A program made the translations under genes and the position numbers. Below are positions 17,857 to 27,190 of a DNA stretch of 64,000 nt, piece after piece. Below the pieces are notes generated by a model. That model made no database searches, had not been told where the DNA came from, and was given only the letters and a program-made list of their open reading frames with translations. The DNA is taken from positions 3,733 through 67,732 of the forward strand of contig CANPYE010000002.1 of NCBI GenBank assembly GCA_947588005.1, read 5' to 3'. The stretch is from an uncultured Lachnospiraceae bacterium (GTDB lineage: Bacteria; Bacillota; Clostridia; Lachnospirales; Lachnospiraceae). Position 1 is the stretch's first letter. Each line of letters opens with the position of its first letter.

Positions 17857-18876
17857 TCAATTCTTGAGATCCAGACCCTTCAGCAGGTCGCCCAGTCCTG
17901 TGGTAACCGGCGCGGAATTCTTGTAATGGAAATCGCTCTTCTCCTCGCGGCCTTCCCTGGGCTCGCGTCCCTCACCACGCGGCGCGCGGGGCTCGCGCGG
18001 CTCTCTCGCGGGCCTCTCGTCGTCTTCCTCGAGAGCCTTCATGCTCAGGCTGATCTTGCCGTTCGCCGTGTCGCGGATCTTGACCTTCACGGTCTGTCCT
18101 TCCTGAAGGACAACGCCCGGATGCTTGATCCTCTGACGGCTGATCTGCGACACATGCAGAAGTCCGGAAACTCCCTCTTCCAGACGTACGAACGCACCGT
18201 AGTCCTTCAGACTCTCCACAACGCCCTCTACAATGGCGCCGGGAACATATTTCTCCATTCTGGCCTTGCGCTCCGCGTCCCTGCGCTCGCGCAGCAGCTC
18301 CTTGGCGGACAGGACCAGTCTCTTCTTCTCCGGATCCACCGTGATAATGTAAGTGTCAATGTGCTTGCCGACGAACTCTTCCAGCTTCTCCACATAGTTC
18401 AGCGCGATCTGGGACGCCGGGATGAACGCCTTCATATCATCAACGAACGCGATGGCTCCGCCCTTGACGATCTCCTTGACCTTTACATTGATGACTTCCT
18501 TATCTTCCATCTTCTGGCGCAGCTCTTCCCACTTCTCTGCGCTTACGGATCCGTCGTCCACGAATCCGCGGCTGCGCTTCTTCGCGTGCTCCTTGTAGGA
18601 CTTCTCAAGCTCCTCCTTGAAGTCCTCCATGGTCTCGGTGGGCTCAGCCGGTTTCGCCGGTTCAGCCTCAGCGGCGGGTTCCGCGGCTTCCGCCTTCTCC
18701 GCGGCGGGTTCCGCAGCCTCTGCCTTCTCCGCGGCGGCCTCAGCGGCGGCTTCCGCGGCCTCTGCCTTCTCCGCGGCGGCCTCAGCGGCGGCTTCCACGG
18801 CCTCGGCTTTCTCCGCGGCTGCTTCCGCAGCGGCTTCGATGTTGTCTGTTTGCGCCTTCAGCATTTCTTCACTCAT
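17857..18876 (-). CDS. S1 RNA-binding domain protein (two S1 domains) with an Ala/Glu repeat N-terminus
   Basis: VKGG..AFIPASQ, RLVLS.K, YGAFV.L..G.SGLLHVSQIS and KISLS.K. Confidence 0.88.
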   Translation of the reverse strand: MSEEMLKAQTDNIEAAAEAAAEKAEAVEAAAEAAAEKAEAAEAAAEAAAEKAEAAEPAAEKAEAAEPAAEAEPAKPAEPTETMEDFKEELEKSYKEHAKKRSRGFVDDGSVSAEKWEELRQKMEDKEVINVKVKEIVKGGAIAFVDDMKAFIPASQIALNYVEKLEEFVGKHIDTYIITVDPEKKRLVLSAKELLRERRDAERKARMEKYVPGAIVEGVVESLKDYGAFVRLEEGVSGLLHVSQISRQRIKHPGVVLQEGQTVKVKIRDTANGKISLSMKALEEDDERPAREPREPRAPRGEGREPREGREEKSDFHYKNSAPVTTGLGDLLKGLDLKN

Positions 18877-19097
18877 GTTTGTAACTCCTCCATCTTGCAT
18901 ATTTAACAGAATGCACGCCCTTTTCGTCCTGTGGACGGCGTATGAATCTATTATACTATAAAAATCAAATTTCTACCTCATTTTTTTTGTGGTTTTATAA
19001 AAAAATTTGTGATATATTTAAAAATGTACTATTTACCGCTCCCGAACGGCCAAAATGCGCTCTTTCGGGGGCCGCACGACAGAAAGAAGGACCTTTT

Positions 19098-19841
19098 ATG
19101 CGAGATATTATGGACCTGCACACCCATACCGTCGCCAGCGGCCACGCCTACAACACCCTCTACGAGATGGCCCACGCCGCTTCCGGGCAGAAGCTGGAAC
19201 TCTTCGGCTCCACGGACCATGGTCCCCGCATGGGCGGAGCGCCCCACGAACTGTATTTCATCAATTTCAAGGTGATCCCCAACGAGCTCTTCGGCGTCCG
19301 GCTCCTGATGGGATGCGAACTGAATATCCTGGATTACGAGGGGCATGTGGATCTGGTCCCTTACCACCTGAAGAAAATGGATTACGCCATCGCGAGCATC
19401 CACGTGCCCTGCTTCACCGCGGGCACCGTGGCGCAGAACACGGCGGCCATCGTCGGAGCCATGAAGAACCCCTACGTGAAGATCATCGGCCACCCGGACG
19501 ACTCCCGCTTCCCCATCGACCCGGATACGGTCGCGGCGGCGGCGAAGGAACACCACGTACTCCTGGAGGTCAATAATTCCTCCCTGAATCCCCGCGCCTC
19601 CCGCAAAGGCGCCCGCGAGAACTACGCGGCGCTCCTGGAGCGGTGCGTCCATTACGGCACTCCCGTCATCATGGGCAGCGACGCCCACGTGGCGGCGGAC
19701 GTGGGCAATCACGCGGGATGCATCGCGCTGCTGGAGGAGCTGCATTTCCCGGAAGAGCTGATCATCAATACTTCCGTGGAGAAACTGATCCCGTACATTC
19801 CGGCGCTGACGCTTAACGGACCGCACGAGGCGGGCTTCTGA
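19098..19841 (+). CDS. PHP-domain phosphatase (YcdX-like)
   Basis: DLHTHT.ASGHAY, TDH, G.E.NI, GHPDD and GSDAH. Confidence 0.9.
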   Translation: MRDIMDLHTHTVASGHAYNTLYEMAHAASGQKLELFGSTDHGPRMGGAPHELYFINFKVIPNELFGVRLLMGCELNILDYEGHVDLVPYHLKKMDYAIASIHVPCFTAGTVAQNTAAIVGAMKNPYVKIIGHPDDSRFPIDPDTVAAAAKEHHVLLEVNNSSLNPRASRKGARENYAALLERCVHYGTPVIMGSDAHVAADVGNHAGCIALLEELHFPEELIINTSVEKLIPYIPALTLNGPHEAGF

Positions 19842-19925
19842 TCCTGCCGGCCGGACCTGGGCCGCGCAATGTGCTGATACACTGTAACTACACAAGAAAC
19901 CGGCGGCAGCGCCGGGGAGGCATCT

Positions 19926-20888
19926 ATGATCAACTTCCTGAATCTGGAATATTTCCTCGTGGCGGCGGAGGAATCGAGCATCACAAAAGCCGCCAGAAAG
20001 CTTAATATTTCCCAGCAGTCCTTAAGCAGCCACATCGCCAACCTGGAGAAGGAGTTCGACATCACGCTGTTCAACCGGACCTCGCCGCTAACGCTGACCT
20101 ACGCGGGGCGAATGCTTGCCAAGCACTCGCGGGAGATCCTGCACCTGCGGGACGAGACCTACCGGGAGCTGGCGGATATCAAGGACTTCTCGAAAGGCCG
20201 CCTGACCATCGGCATGTCCCACACCAGGGGCCGCCGGGTACTGCCGGAGATCCTGCCGGTCTACCGGGAGCAGTTTCCCAATATCGAGCTGCATCTGCGC
20301 GAGGGCAATACCCGGGAGCTGGACGCGGAGCTTCTCCACGGCGAGGTGGACCTGATCATCGACATGCTGCCGATCAAGGGCGAGAATATCGAGACCGTCC
20401 CGGTCTGTGAGGAGGAGATCCTGCTGATCGTGCCCGACAGCCTGTTAGAGAAGCTGTATCCGGAGCGGGTCGAGGAGATCAAGGCAAAGCTGGAGGAAGC
20501 GGCGGATCTGACGCTTCTGGCCGACTGCCCGTTCCTGCTGATCAATACCGGCAACCGGGTGCGTTCCCTGGCGGAGGAGATGTTCGCCGACGCCCAGATC
20601 TCGCCTCCCATCGTCCTGGAGACCGAGAATATCGAGACCGTGCTCTCCCTGTCCCTCAAAGGCATGGGCGCCACGTTCTATCCGAAAATGTTCATGACAG
20701 AAAGCGACGAATGGCGCCGCGCCCTGACGCAGGCCGCCGGCATCGGCCTGTACCATCTGAACCACCCGAAGGCCCACGGCATTCTCGGGATCGGATACCA
20801 CAAAGGGCACTACATGTCGCGGGCCACGCAGGAATTCATCCGGGTGGCGAAGGAACAGCTGCAGAAATATTCGCGGGAAGAGGCGTGA
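19926..20888 (+). CDS. LysR family transcriptional regulator
   Basis: YF..AEE.SITKAA..L.ISQQSLS..I..LE. Confidence 0.95.
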   Translation: MINFLNLEYFLVAAEESSITKAARKLNISQQSLSSHIANLEKEFDITLFNRTSPLTLTYAGRMLAKHSREILHLRDETYRELADIKDFSKGRLTIGMSHTRGRRVLPEILPVYREQFPNIELHLREGNTRELDAELLHGEVDLIIDMLPIKGENIETVPVCEEEILLIVPDSLLEKLYPERVEEIKAKLEEAADLTLLADCPFLLINTGNRVRSLAEEMFADAQISPPIVLETENIETVLSLSLKGMGATFYPKMFMTESDEWRRALTQAAGIGLYHLNHPKAHGILGIGYHKGHYMSRATQEFIRVAKEQLQKYSREEA

Positions 20889-20973
20889 ACCGGATGCCCG
20901 GCATTTCTGTCCGGCAAGGATACCGCAGCACAAACCGTGCCGCGCGGGAACGGTGCCGCGTGAAGATTTATCC

Positions 20974-21022
20974 TTGACAAATTGGTCTCCTTCCGATATA
21001 ATCAGTAATGGTTATCATTATT
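20974..21022 (+). promoter_or_regulatory. Consensus sigma-A promoter plus a Fur/PerR-like box
   Basis: TTGACA-17-TATAAT at 20974-21002; AGTAATGGTTATCATTATT at 21004-21022 matches the classic Fur box at 14/19. Confidence 0.75.
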
Positions 21023-21049
21023 GAATACCGTGCACATGGAGGGATTGCC

Positions 21050-21451
21050 ATGAAAACACTCAAACACAGCCGCCAGCGGGACGCGATCCTGAACTGCCTC
21101 ATGGCGAGGCACGACCATCCCACTGCCGACGCGGTCTACGTAAGCGTCCGGGAGGAATTTCCCAATGTCAGCCTCGGCACCGTCTACCGGAACTTAAATC
21201 TTCTGGCGGACCTGGGCGAGATCCGGCGCTTAAACTGCGGCAGCGGCCCGGAACGGTTCGACGGAGACACCCGCCCCCACTACCATTTTATCTGCAGGGA
21301 GTGCGGACAGGTGACCGACCTTCCGATGGATGTGCTGGATCGGATGAATACGGAAGCCCAGGAATACTGCGGCGGGAAGATCGACAGCCATATCACGTAT
21401 TTCTACGGCATTTGCAGAGATTGTCTGGACAAAGCGGAAAAACATTTATAA
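21050..21451 (+). CDS. perR: Fur-family regulator, probably PerR
   Basis: SRQR..I, HPTA, SLGTVYRNL, HYHFIC..CG and C..C; adjacent to rubrerythrin. Confidence 0.8.
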   Translation: MKTLKHSRQRDAILNCLMARHDHPTADAVYVSVREEFPNVSLGTVYRNLNLLADLGEIRRLNCGSGPERFDGDTRPHYHFICRECGQVTDLPMDVLDRMNTEAQEYCGGKIDSHITYFYGICRDCLDKAEKHL

Positions 21452-21466
21452 AATGATAACATCTGC

Positions 21467-21515
21467 TTGACAAGTATTTTTGTATATGCTAAGCTAATAA
21501 TAGGAACTATTATTA
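21467..21515 (+). promoter_or_regulatory. Sigma-A promoter and palindromic operator of rubrerythrin
   Basis: TTGACA-17-TAAGCT, then the perfect inverted repeat TAATAATAG-GAA-CTATTATTA at 21495-21515. Confidence 0.7.
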
Positions 21516-21547
21516 ATTTTAAATTAAAAGAAAAGGAGATATTCACT

Positions 21548-22090
21548 ATGAAAAAATGGGTTTGCAAAGTTTGTGGTTATGTACATGAGGGCGACACCGC
21601 TCCGGAGTTTTGCCCGGTCTGCAAGGCGCCGGCCGATAAGTTCGAGGAGCAGAAGGATGAGATGACCTGGGCTGCCGAGCACGCCATCGGCGTGGCGAAG
21701 GGCGTTCGCGAGGACATCGTCGCTGATCTGAGAGCGAATTTCGAAGGCGAGTGCACTGAGGTAGGTATGTACCTGGCGATGGCCAGAGTCGCCCACAGAG
21801 AGGGCTATCCGGAAGTCGGTCTGTACTATGAGAAGGCCGCCTATGAGGAAGCCGAGCACGCCGCTAAGTTCGCCGAGCTTCTGGGCGAGGTCGTCACCGA
21901 CAGCACCAAGAAGAACCTGGAACTGCGCATAGCCGCTGAGAACGGCGCTACCGCCGGCAAGGTCGACCTGGCGAAGCGCGCGAAAGAGCTGAACCTGGAT
22001 GCGATCCACGACACCGTCCATGAGATGGCCCGCGACGAGGCCCGACATGGAAAGGCGTTCAAGGGACTGCTGGAGAGGTATTTCGGCTGA
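21548..22090 (+). CDS. rbr: Reverse rubrerythrin (NADH peroxidase)
   Basis: N-terminal CKVCGY..CPVC rubredoxin domain; ferritin-like [15 protein letters not shown] and DEARH. Confidence 0.93.
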   Translation: MKKWVCKVCGYVHEGDTAPEFCPVCKAPADKFEEQKDEMTWAAEHAIGVAKGVREDIVADLRANFEGECTEVGMYLAMARVAHREGYPEVGLYYEKAAYEEAEHAAKFAELLGEVVTDSTKKNLELRIAAENGATAGKVDLAKRAKELNLDAIHDTVHEMARDEARHGKAFKGLLERYFG

Positions 22091-22118
22091 TCTTAGATGC
22101 TTATTCTAGAGACTATTC

Positions 22119-22151
22119 AAGAGGAATGGGTGCGAACCCGTTCCTCTTTTT
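22119..22151 (+). terminator. Intrinsic terminator
   Basis: AAGAGGAATGGGT-GCGA-ACCCGTTCCTCTT followed by Ts. Confidence 0.85.
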
Positions 22152-22393
22152 CTACTCCTGCTGCCCCATTCCATTCCTGCTTTTTCTCGGTACATTTCGT
22201 TTTGAACTTCAATTTTTTTCTTATAAAATTCTTGCTATTCTATCGCCCCTATGGTAGACTATAAGCACATCGACAGGAATTCTTGTCCTGTCTGTATCTG
22301 GCATCTGATCGGGCATTCCCCGGTGGATCCCATGATGGAACCCATAGTTGCGCGGATTTATTTTGTCTGCGCGAAACAGCAGGAGGTATACAA

Positions 22394-23593
22394 ATGTATA
22401 TGCAGAAAAGAAGTCCAGCCGGTGAAGATGCCGGCAGATCGAATGAACGGCCGCCCTGGTACCACGCCATGGGAGAACGGATCCCGGAAGATGAGATACG
22501 AGAAAAGATTTATGCCTCTCCGGAGCTGGCTGAACAGTTCGAAGCGCTGACGCCCGAACGGCAGAAACATTTCCTCAACATGTGCAGCGGCGCAGCCGGA
22601 ATAATGATCTGCTACGATTCATTTTTCAAGTACGTGTTCAACCCGGTAGCTCACCGTGAACGTCTGTCCCGGTTCCTTTCCTGTATTCTTGAACGGCAGG
22701 TGCGCGTAGAAAGCGTGCTGCCGAACGAGGGCGGCAGAATCGCGCCCGCAAGCCCATTTGTTATCATGGATATCGTGGTAAAGCTCGAGGACCAGGCGCT
22801 GGCAAACACGGAGATCCAGAAAATCGGTTATCTGTTCCCCGGCGAACGGGCGGCATGCTACTCCAGCGATTTGGTGCTGCGGCAGTATTCCGCGCTGAAG
22901 GAAACGGTTTCCGGTCTATCCCTGTACCGGCAGATGCGGAACGTGTATACGATCGTGATCATGGAAGAAAGCCCAAAAGAATTCCATCGTTATCCGACAT
23001 ACATACATCGGGGAAAACAGATGTTTGACACGGGACTTAAGATGCCGCTATTGCAGGAATATATTTTCGTGCCACTTGACATTTTCCGCAAAAAGCTTCA
23101 AAATGAGAATATTAAGACGGAACTGGAGGCATGGCTGGGTTTCCTGGCGTATGACGATCTGGAAAGGATCTGGGAGATCAGCCGATATGACCCGGTATTC
23201 AAAGAGATGTACCATGATCTCTCAGAATTCCGCAGGAAACCAAGGGAGGTGCTGGGAATGTTTTCGGAAGCGTTACTCAGGATGGACGAAGCTGAGGCGA
23301 GATATTATGTAGATCAGCTGCGGAAGGAATCCGAGGCGTTGAAGGCGGAACTGGAGACGAATAAGGCCGCATTGGAATCAAGCAAAGCGGAGCTGGCGTC
23401 GAATCAGATGGAATTGGCGTCCAGCCAGGCAAAATTAGCGTCTAACCAGGCAGAATTGGCGTCCAGCCAGGCAAAATTGGCGTCCAGCCAGGCAAAATTG
23501 GCATCCAGCCAGACAGAATTAGCGTCAAAAGACGCCACCATCGCCGAACTTCGCCGGGAACTTGAAGCGCTGCGCATGGCTTCGCAGCATTAA
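22394..23593 (+). CDS. Rpn-like PD-(D/E)XK nuclease (putative transposase family) with heptad repeats
   Basis: YDSFFK..F.P..H.ERL..FLS, MDIVV, N.EIQKIGY.FPG.R..CYS.D; AGGAGG RBS; 21-bp repeats at about 23348-23530. Confidence 0.85.
   Translation: MYMQKRSPAGEDAGRSNERPPWYHAMGERIPEDEIREKIYASPELAEQFEALTPERQKHFLNMCSGAAGIMICYDSFFKYVFNPVAHRERLSRFLSCILERQVRVESVLPNEGGRIAPASPFVIMDIVVKLEDQALANTEIQKIGYLFPGERAACYSSDLVLRQYSALKETVSGLSLYRQMRNVYTIVIMEESPKEFHRYPTYIHRGKQMFDTGLKMPLLQEYIFVPLDIFRKKLQNENIKTELEAWLGFLAYDDLERIWEISRYDPVFKEMYHDLSEFRRKPREVLGMFSEALLRMDEAEARYYVDQLRKESEALKAELETNKAALESSKAELASNQMELASSQAKLASNQAELASSQAKLASSQAKLASSQTELASKDATIAELRRELEALRMASQH
23258..23593 (+). CDS. Putative in-frame internal small protein (RpnS-like antitoxin, 111 aa)
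   Basis: AGGGAGGT followed 7 nt later by an in-frame ATG at 23258, just before the coiled-coil region. Confidence 0.5.
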   Translation: MFSEALLRMDEAEARYYVDQLRKESEALKAELETNKAALESSKAELASNQMELASSQAKLASNQAELASSQAKLASSQAKLASSQTELASKDATIAELRRELEALRMASQH

Positions 23594-23611
23594 AACTCGG
23601 TGCAGATACCA

Positions 23612-23656
23612 CTGCGAGCAGGGCGTCGCTGACGCTCTGCTCGCGTGAAGACAAAA
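23612..23656. repeat. Single hairpin unit of the 39-bp family between convergent genes
   Basis: GCGAGCAGGGCGTC-GCT-GACGCTCTGCTCGC then GTGAAGACAAAA. Confidence 0.65.
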
Positions 23657-23669
23657 CTGACCCCTTAGA

Positions 23670-25415
23670 TCACCTTCCTGACACAAAGCGGAACACATTC
23701 CACGACAGACTGTGCAGCTCCGCCGTCACCTTCCCGCTCTCGCAGGACGTTTTCGTATTGATCTTCGGCATGACAGCGTCCGGATGTTCCCAGGTATTCG
23801 CCGCGTCAAGATCATCCGTATACATCTCAATATGCTCCGCAAATTCAAACCCTTCGAACGCGGAAGCGTCGATCTCCACCGTGCTGCCGCCGTCCCATCT
23901 GCGGTTGATCACGAAGATGGTGAGTTCATCCGCCTTTCTGCGCGAAGCGCCTGCTGCCGCCGTCTTCTCCTGCGTTCTGCCGCGATCCGCAGTTCCCGCC
24001 GTCTGCGATTGCCCCATCATACCAGCGCAATCCGGCGAGCCAACCGCCGTCTTCTCCTGCGCTCCGCCGCAGTTCAGCGCCGCGGCCACATCGATGAACG
24101 GCACGCCTTCCTTCGTTGGATACTGCGAGTTATCGTCGACGGCGTACCCCGGAATATCAAAGGTATCGCAGTCGACCGCGGCGGCCAGCGATACGCCCTG
24201 CCCGTACTTCATCAGCTGCGTAAACGGATAATACCCTGCCGAGCGCCAGATATGCTCACGGTCAGAGGCAGCGAGCGTTCCGAGGCCGCCCGTCATGCAG
24301 CCGACCTTGACGCGGTCTGCGTGTCTTAAGAAGGCGAGAAGCACCGACGCGTTGCCCAACGCGCCCACCATATCGCCCGCGCGGCGCATCGGCGGCCGAT
24401 CCGGGAACATATTGTCCGGGTCATGGCGGACAAACCGGCGGTTCGGATCGAATACATAGTGGTCCGCGTAAAGATTATGGACCCCGCCGCCGTAGCGGAA
24501 CGGGCGGGGCGGCCGCGACATCGCGCCGTACTCGTCGAACGAGATCATGACCTTCTTCGGGCTGCGGCATTTCGCGCGGACATACTCCAGCATCGCTGTC
24601 TCCGTATTGATAAAATCCTCATAATAGAGCGCTCCGCCCAGAAGCGCGCCGAAATCTCCCGGAGGCGCGGAGTGGTAATGGTGGATGGAAAGATAATCCA
24701 CGGACTCATAGCACTCCTGCATGACCTGCAGGTCCCATTCTGGAAAATGCGCCATGAACGGCGCGGAAGAACCGCAGACGCCGGTCTCGATGGAACCGTC
24801 GACCCATTTAATCGCCTTCGAAATCTCATTCGCCTTGATGCCGTACCCCTTCGGGTCGCGCTCCCAGGAACCGACCTGCCACGGACCGTCCATTTCATTT
24901 CCCAGATACCAGAGCTTTACGCCGTAAGGCGCCTCATGCCCGTTCTTTCGCCGCAGATCCGACCACCAGGTGCCGCCATCGTGATTCGTATATTCCACGC
25001 AGGAGACGGCGTCATTGATCCCGGCCGTGCCCAGATTCAGCGTATATAACGGCTCCGCGCCGATCTTCTCCATCCACTGCAGATATTCGTCGTGGCCCAC
25101 GTCATTGGGAATATACTGGTGCCACGCGAGATCCAGATGCGCCCTGCGCTCGGAAATGGGGCCAATCGAGTCCTTCCAGTCCCAGCCGGAGACGAAATTG
25201 CCGCCCGGCAGCCGGACCGCGGGATTCGGCGTCTTCCGCAGCGCCTCGATCACGTCCGTCCGGAAACCCTGCGCATCGGCCGTAGGATGTTTGGGATTAT
25301 ACATGGTGCCGTTGACCATCGTGCCGATGGGCTCCAGAAATGAACTGTAAAGCCGCGGCGATATCTCGCCGATCCGAAACGACGGGTGAACGGTTATCTT
25401 TGCTTTCTTTGCCAT
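23670..25415 (-). CDS. GH51 alpha-L-arabinofuranosidase
   Basis: SFLE, RLPGGNFVSG.DW.D.IGP, W.LGNEMDGPWQ.G and ISFDE. Confidence 0.9.
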   Translation of the reverse strand: MAKKAKITVHPSFRIGEISPRLYSSFLEPIGTMVNGTMYNPKHPTADAQGFRTDVIEALRKTPNPAVRLPGGNFVSGWDWKDSIGPISERRAHLDLAWHQYIPNDVGHDEYLQWMEKIGAEPLYTLNLGTAGINDAVSCVEYTNHDGGTWWSDLRRKNGHEAPYGVKLWYLGNEMDGPWQVGSWERDPKGYGIKANEISKAIKWVDGSIETGVCGSSAPFMAHFPEWDLQVMQECYESVDYLSIHHYHSAPPGDFGALLGGALYYEDFINTETAMLEYVRAKCRSPKKVMISFDEYGAMSRPPRPFRYGGGVHNLYADHYVFDPNRRFVRHDPDNMFPDRPPMRRAGDMVGALGNASVLLAFLRHADRVKVGCMTGGLGTLAASDREHIWRSAGYYPFTQLMKYGQGVSLAAAVDCDTFDIPGYAVDDNSQYPTKEGVPFIDVAAALNCGGAQEKTAVGSPDCAGMMGQSQTAGTADRGRTQEKTAAAGASRRKADELTIFVINRRWDGGSTVEIDASAFEGFEFAEHIEMYTDDLDAANTWEHPDAVMPKINTKTSCESGKVTAELHSLSWNVFRFVSGR

Positions 25416-25439
25416 ACAGGATTCCTCCTTAAAATGAAC

Positions 25440-25566
25440 AGCTCATAATACGAGGAGAGCGTCACTGGCGCTCTCCTCGCATGGAAATACGGGAAAGGCG
25501 TCACCGGCGCCTTGCTCGCATAGTAATACAAAAACGCGTCATCGGCGCCTTGCTCGCATGGTAACA
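25440..25566. repeat. Three tandem 38-39-bp units of the hairpin repeat family
   Basis: Units at 25440, 25479 and 25518, with a partial unit at 25556. Confidence 0.88.
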
Positions 25567-25568
25567 GC

Positions 25569-25605
25569 AAACCGGGAAATCCAAACGCAGGACTTCCCGG
25601 TCTTT
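25569..25605 (-). terminator. yajC terminator
   Basis: ACCGGGAA...TTCCCGGT hairpin. Confidence 0.6.
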
Positions 25606-25623
25606 CACCATACTCCTCTTTTG

Positions 25624-25926
25624 TTACGTTTCCGGCTTCTCCACCTGCACGATCGCGCTTTTCTGCATCGGAATACGGCAGTTCTTATTGCTGCCGAACT
25701 CGATGATCACGGTGTCGTCGGTCATATCGATAACCACGCCGTAGAACCCGCTGCTGGTGAGCACATTGTCGCCCACGGCGACGCTGGCCAGAAGCTCGGC
25801 CATCCTCTTTTTCTCCTTCTGCTGCGGACGAATGGCGATGAAATACATCATACCGATCAAAAATACCGCATAGATCAACCAAAATCCCACTCCGCCGGCT
25901 CCGCCGGACGCTGTCGCTGTCAACAT
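25624..25926 (-). CDS. yajC: Preprotein translocase subunit YajC
   Basis: MYFIAIRPQQKE.K and GD.VLT.SG.YG. Confidence 0.95.
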   Translation of the reverse strand: MLTATASGGAGGVGFWLIYAVFLIGMMYFIAIRPQQKEKKRMAELLASVAVGDNVLTSSGFYGVVIDMTDDTVIIEFGSNKNCRIPMQKSAIVQVEKPET

Positions 25927-25927
25927 A

Positions 25928-27064
25928 TCAATTTCCTCCTTCACTCATCCCCGCCAGCTTGCCCGCTTTGTACTCGCTGTAGCGGTGGGCCTCGATGGCG
26001 TCCCTTATTTCTTCCATCATTGTATTATAAAAATACAAATTATGCAACACACACAAACGCATTCCCAACATTTCTTTCGCCTTGAACAGGTGCCGGATGT
26101 AAGCCCGGCTGTAGGAACGGCAGGCCGGACAGCCGCAGCCTTCCTCGATCGGACGGTCGTCCAGCTCGTACTGCTGGTTGTGCATATTCAGTTTCCCATG
26201 GTTCGTGTAGACGTGGCCGTGGCGCCCGTTGCGGGTCGGATAAACGCAGTCGAAGAAATCCACGCCCCGCTCCACCGCCTCCAGGATATTGGCCGGCGTC
26301 CCCACGCCCATCAGGTAGGTGGGCTTCTCAAGCGGCAGATACGGCACCGTCTCGTCCAGGATCCGGTACATCTCCTCGTGGCTCTCGCCCACCGCCAGCC
26401 CGCCGATGGCGTAGCCGTCCAGATCCAGCTCGGAAATAGCCTGCGCGTGAGCGATACGGATGTCCTCGAAGGTTCCGCCCTGATTGATGCCGAACAGAAG
26501 CTGCTCCCGGTTCAGGGTATCCGGCAGGCTGTTAAGCCTTTCCATCTCGTCCTTGCAGCGCCTAAGCCACCGGGTCGTACGGTCCACCGAATCCTGCATA
26601 TACTCCCTGGTCGCCGGATGGGGCGGACATTCGTCCAGCGCCATCGCGATGGTCGAACCCAGATTCGACTGGATCTGCATGCTCTCCTCCGGCCCCATGA
26701 AGATCTTGCGCCCGTCGATGTGGGAATTGAAATACACTCCTTCTTCCTTGATCCTGCGCATCCCCGCCAGGGAGAACACCTGAAACCCACCGGAATCCGT
26801 CAGAATCGGCCGATCCCAGTTCATGAACTTATGCAGGCCGCCGAACTGCCGGATCAGCTTGTCGCCGGTCCGCACATGGAGATGGTAGGTATTGGACAGC
26901 TCCACCTGGGTACCCAGCTGCCGCAGATCGTCGGTGGACACGGCGCCTTTGATGGCCCCTACGGTCCCCACGTTCATGAACACCGGAGTCTGGATCGTGC
27001 CGTGGACGGTGGTTACCTCCGCCCGCTTGGCACGTCCGTCCTTCGTTATCAACTGATATCTCAT
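25928..27064 (-). CDS. tgt: tRNA-guanine transglycosylase
   Basis: TPVFMNVGT, NTYHL, DSGGFQVFSL, DCV.PTRNGR and C.C..C. Confidence 0.97.
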   Translation of the reverse strand: MRYQLITKDGRAKRAEVTTVHGTIQTPVFMNVGTVGAIKGAVSTDDLRQLGTQVELSNTYHLHVRTGDKLIRQFGGLHKFMNWDRPILTDSGGFQVFSLAGMRRIKEEGVYFNSHIDGRKIFMGPEESMQIQSNLGSTIAMALDECPPHPATREYMQDSVDRTTRWLRRCKDEMERLNSLPDTLNREQLLFGINQGGTFEDIRIAHAQAISELDLDGYAIGGLAVGESHEEMYRILDETVPYLPLEKPTYLMGVGTPANILEAVERGVDFFDCVYPTRNGRHGHVYTNHGKLNMHNQQYELDDRPIEEGCGCPACRSYSRAYIRHLFKAKEMLGMRLCVLHNLYFYNTMMEEIRDAIEAHRYSEYKAGKLAGMSEGGN

Positions 27065-27190
27065 AAATTATCTGCTTTCTAAATCTGTCGTCTGCTGCTC
27101 TGCCGAAATCCCCTGCTGTATCGGCGCGTGTCTGCAGATCGCTTTCACTGCCGCTCGCCAGCCTCGCGGCTGAATCTTCCGCTCTGCCGC

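Noticed and set aside
25440-25566. 39-bp tandem units as a CRISPR array (also 3811-3932 and 60865-60942)
   Set aside because: The units abut with no unique spacers, the variable part is a self-complementary stem, and there are no cas genes.
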